Origin: Chthoniobacteraceae bacterium
GTDB taxonomy: Bacteria; Verrucomicrobiota; Verrucomicrobiia; Chthoniobacterales; Chthoniobacteraceae
Length of the DNA: 45,950 bases
Assembly (NCBI GenBank): GCA_031409335.1
Contig: JANNWY010000144.1
Location: forward strand, 1 to 45,950
Direction: 5' to 3'
This document shows positions 37,136 to 45,950 of this stretch, in pieces; position 1 is the first letter of the stretch; the number at the start of each line of letters is the position of its first letter. Below the pieces are notes generated by a model. That model had not been told where the DNA came from. It saw nothing but the letters and a program-made list of their open reading frames with translations, and did no database searches. Made by a program: the position numbers and the translations under genes.

Positions 37136-37918
37136 ATGGAAATCGTCATCCAACCCACCGCCGAAGCCGCCAGCATCGTCGCCGCAAAAATCATCGCGCA
37201 ACTCGTCTGCCGAAAACCTGACGCGGTGCTCGGCCTCGCCACCGGCAGCACGCCGTTCGCGACCTATCGCGAACTCGTGCGGATGCATCGCGAGGACGGC
37301 CTCGATTTCTCGCATGTCCGCACTTTCAATCTCGATGAATACGTCGGCCTGCCGCACGAGCACCCGCAGTCGTACCACGCGTTCATGCGCGAAAATCTTT
37401 TCCGCCACATCAATGTGCCGCGCGAAAACATCCGCATCCCGAATGGCCTCGCCACCGATGTGCCCGCGGAGTGCGCGGCCTACGAGGCGGCGATCCGCGC
37501 CGCGGGTGGGATTGATTTGCAAGTGCTCGGCATCGGCACGGACGGGCACATCGGGTTCAACGAACCGTCCTCATCGCTCGCCTCGCGCACGCGGATCAAG
37601 ACGCTGACCGCGCGCACGCGCAGCGACAACGCGCGCTTTTTCGGCAGCACAGATGAAGTGCCGATCCACGTCATCACGATGGGCGTCGGCACGATCATGG
37701 ATGCGCGGCAGGTGCTGATGCTGGCATTCGGCGAAGGCAAGGCGAAGGCCATCGCGGATGCGGTCGAGGGGCCGATCATGGCGATGAATCCGGCGTCCAT
37801 TTTACAAATGCATCCCGTCGCGAAATGCCTCATCGACGAGGCTGCCGCGGCGAAGCTCGCGCGGCGCGAATACTACGAATGGGTGTACGAACGGAAGCCG
37901 CAGTGGCAGCGGTTTTAG
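37136..37918 (+). CDS. nagB: Glucosamine-6-phosphate deaminase
   Basis: VLGLATGSTP, TFNLDEYVGL, GGIDLQVLGIGTDGHIGFNEP, ITMGVGTI and PASILQMH. Confidence 0.96.
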   Translation: MEIVIQPTAEAASIVAAKIIAQLVCRKPDAVLGLATGSTPFATYRELVRMHREDGLDFSHVRTFNLDEYVGLPHEHPQSYHAFMRENLFRHINVPRENIRIPNGLATDVPAECAAYEAAIRAAGGIDLQVLGIGTDGHIGFNEPSSSLASRTRIKTLTARTRSDNARFFGSTDEVPIHVITMGVGTIMDARQVLMLAFGEGKAKAIADAVEGPIMAMNPASILQMHPVAKCLIDEAAAAKLARREYYEWVYERKPQWQRF

Positions 37919-37990
37919 GCGGGGCGATCACTTGCGCAAAACGCAATTCCTTCTCGCCATCGCGCGCGGATTCGCGATTCCATCGGGCCC

Positions 37991-39427
37991 ATGAAAATCC
38001 TCCTCGCTGCCAGTGAAATGGCGCCGCTCGCGCGCACTGGCGGGCTCGGCGATGTGCTGGAGGCGCTGCCGGGGGCGCTGACGGCGGCGGGACATGAGGT
38101 GAGCGTGGTGCTGCCGTGTTATCGCGGGTTGCGGGATGATTTGAAGCTGGGCGCGCAGGGCACGGGCGTCGCGATTCCGATTCAGGTCGGCGGGAAGGTT
38201 CACGTCGCGGAAATCCTCCAGGCGACGGCTCCGAATGGGACGCAGGTTTTCCTAGTGCGGCGCGATGAATACTTTGATCGTGCGGGGCTTTATGGTGAGG
38301 ACGGGCAGGATTATGGCGACAATGCGGAGCGGTTTATTTGGTTTTCAAAGGCGGTGGTGGAGCTGGCGCGGCGGCTGGTGCCGGGGCCGGATATCGTCCA
38401 TGTCCATGACTGGCAGACGGCGCTGGTGCCGGTGCTGATGAAGGATCGGCGGCTGCCTTTCAAGAGCGTGCTGACGATTCACAATCTGGCGTATCAGGGC
38501 GCGTTCTGGGGCCACGATTTCGGGTTGACGAATCTGCATTCGAGCTACTTCGGCGCGCGGGGCGTGGAGTTTTACGGGAATCTGAATTTGCTGAAAGGCG
38601 GCATTCTTTTCGCCGATCAGGTGATGACGGTGAGCGACCGCTATGCGCATGAAATCCAGACGCCGGAATACGGCTGCGGGCTGGATGCGGTGTTGCGCGA
38701 AAATGCCGGGAAACTCTCGGGCGTGCTGAATGGCGCGGACTACTCGGCGTGGGACCCGGCGATCGACACGCGGCTGCCGAAGCGCTTTTCCCCTGAAAAT
38801 CTCGCGGGGAAAAAAGACGCGCGCGCGGCGCTGCTGAAGGAATGCGGGCTGGAGCCGTCGCCGTGCGGGCCGGTGTTTGGGATGGTGTCGCGCCTTGCGG
38901 AGCAGAAGGGGATCGATCTGCTGCTGCCGCTGTTCGACCGGCTGCTCGCGGATGATGTGCGGCTGGTGATCCTTGGCGAAGGCGATACGGCGTATGAGCG
39001 GGAATTGCTGATCGCGAGCAAACGGCACGCGGGGCGTTTCGCGTACCGGAAGACGATGGACGACCGGCTGGCGCATCTCATCGTGGCAGGCGCGGATGTT
39101 TCGCTTATCCCGTCGCATTTCGAGCCGTGCGGGCTGACGGCGATGTATTCGCTGAGATACGGGACGCTGCCGATCGCGCGGGCGACGGGCGGGCTTTTCC
39201 AGATGATCCGCGACTACGATCCGACGCGCGACGCGGGGAACGGGCTCGTCTTTTACGACTACTCGGCGCACGCGCTGTGGGACACGATCCTCCGCGCGAA
39301 GCACTATTTCGCCGACACGGAGCATTGGGAAAAGCTGATGCGTCGGGCGATGGCGTGTGATTTTTCGTGGGAGCGGGCGGTGGAAAAATACGAGGCGATT
39401 TACGGTCGCGCGCTCGGCGTGAAATAG
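37991..39427 (+). CDS. glgA: Glycogen synthase
   Basis: EMAPLARTGGLGDV, VHVHDWQT, TIHNLAYQG, SRLAEQKG and PSHFEPCGL. Confidence 0.95.
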   Translation: MKILLAASEMAPLARTGGLGDVLEALPGALTAAGHEVSVVLPCYRGLRDDLKLGAQGTGVAIPIQVGGKVHVAEILQATAPNGTQVFLVRRDEYFDRAGLYGEDGQDYGDNAERFIWFSKAVVELARRLVPGPDIVHVHDWQTALVPVLMKDRRLPFKSVLTIHNLAYQGAFWGHDFGLTNLHSSYFGARGVEFYGNLNLLKGGILFADQVMTVSDRYAHEIQTPEYGCGLDAVLRENAGKLSGVLNGADYSAWDPAIDTRLPKRFSPENLAGKKDARAALLKECGLEPSPCGPVFGMVSRLAEQKGIDLLLPLFDRLLADDVRLVILGEGDTAYERELLIASKRHAGRFAYRKTMDDRLAHLIVAGADVSLIPSHFEPCGLTAMYSLRYGTLPIARATGGLFQMIRDYDPTRDAGNGLVFYDYSAHALWDTILRAKHYFADTEHWEKLMRRAMACDFSWERAVEKYEAIYGRALGVK

Positions 39428-39555
39428 CGGCGGCTGGCTGCGCCAGTGTGACGCGCGAACGGCTGCGGAGTGTGACGTTCACTGTGTCATGTCACAGTTT
39501 TATGGGAAATAAGACACTGCGCAAGTTACTGGCCGAAAGCTATTTGAAACTATGA

Positions 39556-41580
<2,025 letters not shown>

Positions 41581-41601
41581 CTTCCATACCACACTGATCC
41601 G

Positions 41602-41961
41602 ATGAAACGCCGCTCACCCTGGCTCACCTTCGCCGCCTGCGCCCTGCTCAACGGGACGCTGCTCGCGGAGCGTGCGCAGAAGAAAGCGGACCAGCCACGC
41701 CTCGCGCTCAGTGCCGCGGCTAGTGCTGTCGAGACAGAGCTGGAAAAGCGCGGACTAGCTGGTGATCATATAGTTTCCAGCATGTCGATGGTTTCCTCGA
41801 ACGGCGCAGCTTACTACATCGCGGACATTGAACCGCCGATCCTTATTCCTTCAACTGCAATCACGGCAAAGCTAACATTCCAAGTGGAAATGGATGGACG
41901 CGTGACGGCGAAGCAGGTGGCTGCAAGCGGGCAGAGTTCCCGGCGCACTAAGTCCACCTAA
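41602..41961 (+). CDS. Small hypothetical exported protein
   Basis: 119-aa ORF with a signal-like N-terminus, filling the gap between dnaK and groES. Confidence 0.6.
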   Translation: MKRRSPWLTFAACALLNGTLLAERAQKKADQPRLALSAAASAVETELEKRGLAGDHIVSSMSMVSSNGAAYYIADIEPPILIPSTAITAKLTFQVEMDGRVTAKQVAASGQSSRRTKST

Positions 41962-41974
41962 CCCTTTACGACTT

Positions 41975-42012
41975 CGCCGAAGTCAGCCGGCCATGGCCTG
42001 CCGACCTCGGCG
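41975..42012. repeat. GC-rich hairpin upstream of groES
   Basis: cgccgaagtc-agccggccatggcctgcc-gacctcggcg is an imperfect inverted repeat. Confidence 0.5.
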
Positions 42013-42060
42013 CTCAGTAAAACCAGAAACAACAAACAAAACCAAACACCAACTACCACT

Positions 42061-42354
42061 ATGGCAGTCAACGTTCGACCTCTCGCAGATCGGGTTATCG
42101 TCAAACCGATCGAAGCGTCAGAAAGCAAAAAAGGCGGCATCATCATTCCTGACACGGCTAAGGAAAAGCCACAGGAAGGACAAGTTGTGGCTCTCGGAAC
42201 CGGCAAGCGTGATGATGACGGCAAAATCATCCCATTCACCGTCAAGAAGGGCGACAAAGTGCTCATCAGCAAATACGGCGGCACTGAAATCAAGATCGAT
42301 GGGGACATGTACCTCATCATGCGCGAGGACGATATCCTCGGCATCCTCGGCTAA
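42061..42354 (+). CDS. groES: Co-chaperonin GroES
   Basis: [23 protein letters not shown] and KYGGTEIK. Confidence 0.99.
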   Translation: MAVNVRPLADRVIVKPIEASESKKGGIIIPDTAKEKPQEGQVVALGTGKRDDDGKIIPFTVKKGDKVLISKYGGTEIKIDGDMYLIMREDDILGILG

Positions 42355-42371
42355 CTTCAACAACAACCTAA

Positions 42372-44027
<1,656 letters not shown>

Positions 44028-44055
44028 GCCCCGCGCTTAGTTACCTAACTTAACC

Positions 44056-44096
44056 AACACCCGAGTCCAGCAATGGGCTCGGGTGTTTTGTTTTTT
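44056..44096 (+). terminator. Rho-independent terminator after groEL
   Basis: Stem aacacccgagtcca-GCAA-tgggctcgggtgtt followed by a T-rich tract. Confidence 0.88.
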
Positions 44097-44164
44097 CGAC
44101 AACGCCCGTCGGATTACCAGGAGTTGGCAAGTCTATTCCCCGTTCCACGCCCGCTTCCAAGCGC

Positions 44165-44420
44165 GCCATTTCCCGTCACTTCCTTGATCTTCTTCGCCAG
44201 TTCGTCGGTTTCCATTTCTAACACCGACGACTTTTTAAGTTCGATGCTCTCTCTCCCAAGCGGCGCTAGTTGTGCGATCTCGCACTCCTCGCCGAAGTCG
44301 AGCGACGCCCAGCCTGCCGCGGTATGAAGCCGTGCGAGCCTTCCGCGATACGGCGCAGCGTGGCCAGATCGCCGTGGTCCTTCGCGGCGGTCAGCTTGTG
44401 ATAAGTCTCCTGCTTATCCG
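44165..44420 (-). pseudogene. Degraded fragment, possibly of a J-domain-containing protein
   Basis: Broken minus-strand frames read DKQETYHKLTAAKDHGDLATLRRIAEGSHGFI, GWASLDFGEECEIAQL and LEMETDELAKKIKEVTG. The family match is from memory only. Confidence 0.35.
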
Positions 44421-45814
44421 CCAGCGCCGTTGCCGCAAATTCCCGCTCCTGTTACGCGTTCGCCTGCCGGTATGCCGAAGCGTTTGAAGAGCGCCTTGAA
44501 GAATATCTTAACCATGTCGCGTGCTGCATCGCCAGCCAGTTCAGCCGAGCCGAAGCGAAAGACATGATAGCCAGATAACTTTAACTCTCGGTCCGCAGCG
44601 ACCATCTTCGCGTAGCGTCCGCATTCGGCTCGTCCGTCAGCGGTAGCATAATGATGTTTGCCATCGACTTCGATTACGACGCGAGTTCCGTAAGGTAACA
44701 GCAACAGAAAGTCCATCCGGAACCGCCGCAACGCGTCCGGCCCACGCTCCCTCACCGTTTTGGGATCCCAGTGGAGCCATACCTCAGGAAGCAGGGCGGG
44801 TAGGTCCGGGATTGCACTGCCGAAGCCGCTGTAGAAAGCCTCGAACAGCAAGAGTTGAGGAGGCGAGTTCTCTGACAGGCTTTCGCGCAAGCGCCGATAG
44901 AGCGTCGTCTTAGCCTCTTTAGCGTTCGCAATTCCCTTCGTCTCGCTCCACCACAATTGCAGATCGCGCCACCGAAGTCCTTCCGCGCCGATTGGTCGAT
45001 CATAGACGAGAACCTTGTCAGCATTCGTCACAATCTCGACATCGTTGTTCACTGCGTCTCGAAACCGAAGGTCAGGCTTCACCGACGAGGCAAAGATGAG
45101 GTTTTTGGGGCGTCCCATCGCCGCCTCGCGAGTTGAGACGATGGTGAACACTGGGTATCCGCCTTCCGCGTCGGTTTCGCGGATCTCGACGCCGCACGCA
45201 CTAAGTGGGCTGTTCACAACCTGCACAAAACGGCGCTGGGCTGCTTCGTCTGGACGCACGTTAGACGAAGCGAGCCCTTCGATGAAAAGGGCGAAACGCC
45301 GATTCGATGCGTCGAATGCGCCAAGTTTGTCGAACAGTTCCTCGGCCGACCAGTCTCCGGGGTTTCTGTGAACATGCTGCCGAATCGCTGCACGGAGCGA
45401 ACGATCTGGACCGCCTAATAGTAAGCTCAAGTCGTTGTCGAGAACCCAAAGTTTGTCCAAAAGTTCATCGAATCGCTGAGCATCCAGATAAATTTCCTCG
45501 CCAGCTAGGGAGCGAGCAACATCCCGCCGAAGCTTCTTTGGAATCTCGATGGCAGTGTCAGCCCAAAGGACATCCTGAATTTCATTCCTTTTGGAGGGCG
45601 TTGGTGTATGCAGTTCGAGGAAGCGATCGGCTAAGCGAGGAAGATCGGCGTCGGATAGCGCCTCAAAGCTGGCGGAGATTCTGTCGCGCTTAGAACCATC
45701 GGTGCTGGGAACAGGTAGGCCGAGGTTCTCGCAGATTGCTGGAAGCGTCTCGTGGGTGCCCGCATCCTTGAGGGCGATGATGAGTGGACTGAGAAGATTG
45801 CGAACACGGGCTAG
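44414..45814 (-). pseudogene. AbiJ-NTD-like / Vsr-DUF559-type nuclease gene (putative anti-phage), 5' end removed by IS insertion
   Basis: The frame is open for 118 codons upstream of the TTG at 45460 with no start codon. Motifs KNLIFAS..KPDLRFRDAVNND, ALLPEVWLHWDP, MDFLLL..VVIEVDGKHHY and DRELKLSGYHVFRFG. Confidence 0.72.
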
Positions 45815-45950
45815 TGCTTTGTCAGCAGTGAGATGATGGGTAGAGCTTGATGAGTTTCACGCGGGCGTCTGCGGTGGTGAAGTGCCAGCGGATGCCCGTG
45901 GCGGCTTGATTACGGTCGCACTGCCAGGCGCGCAATTGCTGCGCGAGCGT
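45812..45950 (-). mobile_element. IS630-family element, right end and transposase C-terminus (partial)
   Basis: The minus frame 45950-45822 reads TLAQQLRAWQCDRNQAATGIRWHFTTADARVKLIKLYPSSHC*, a typical IS630 C-terminus. The element ends at CACTAG, with the TA target at 45812-45813. Confidence 0.85.

Noticed and set aside
41956..41962. Complete integron cassette around the dnaK-groES orphan
   Set aside because: Only a 7-bp inverse-core match is present, with no upstream GTTRRRY and no attC-like arms, so it may be chance.

Overview
High-GC bacterial chromosomal segment, most likely Verrucomicrobia (Chthoniobacter/Spartobacteria-like), judged from the PEP-CTERM protein, the lineage-typical secreted-protein C-terminal domains and the dnaK-groES-groEL order. 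Housekeeping genes (aminotransferase + Lrp, htrA-like, polX, plsY-gpsA, birA-nadC, guaD, two ROK proteins, PIG-L deacetylase, nagB, glgA, dnaK, groES, groEL) alternate with accessory modules. The two main highlights are (1) two tandem Hcp (T6SS tube)-like genes that both carry Sec signal peptides, one with a surface-protein-type C-terminal tail, with no other T6SS gene in the window, and (2) a coupled operon encoding an MbnP-MbnH fusion, a 1934-aa copper-radical oxidase/di-heme peroxidase fusion and a membrane-anchored helical-repeat protein. Also present are an integron-cassette-like solo gene, MNT-HEPN and ParDE toxin-antitoxin pairs (parE has an in-frame stop), an AbiJ-like nuclease gene decapitated by an IS630 element, a sigma-54-type promoter before dnaK and three families of intergenic palindromic repeats. 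All family assignments are from motif recognition by eye; no database searches were run.
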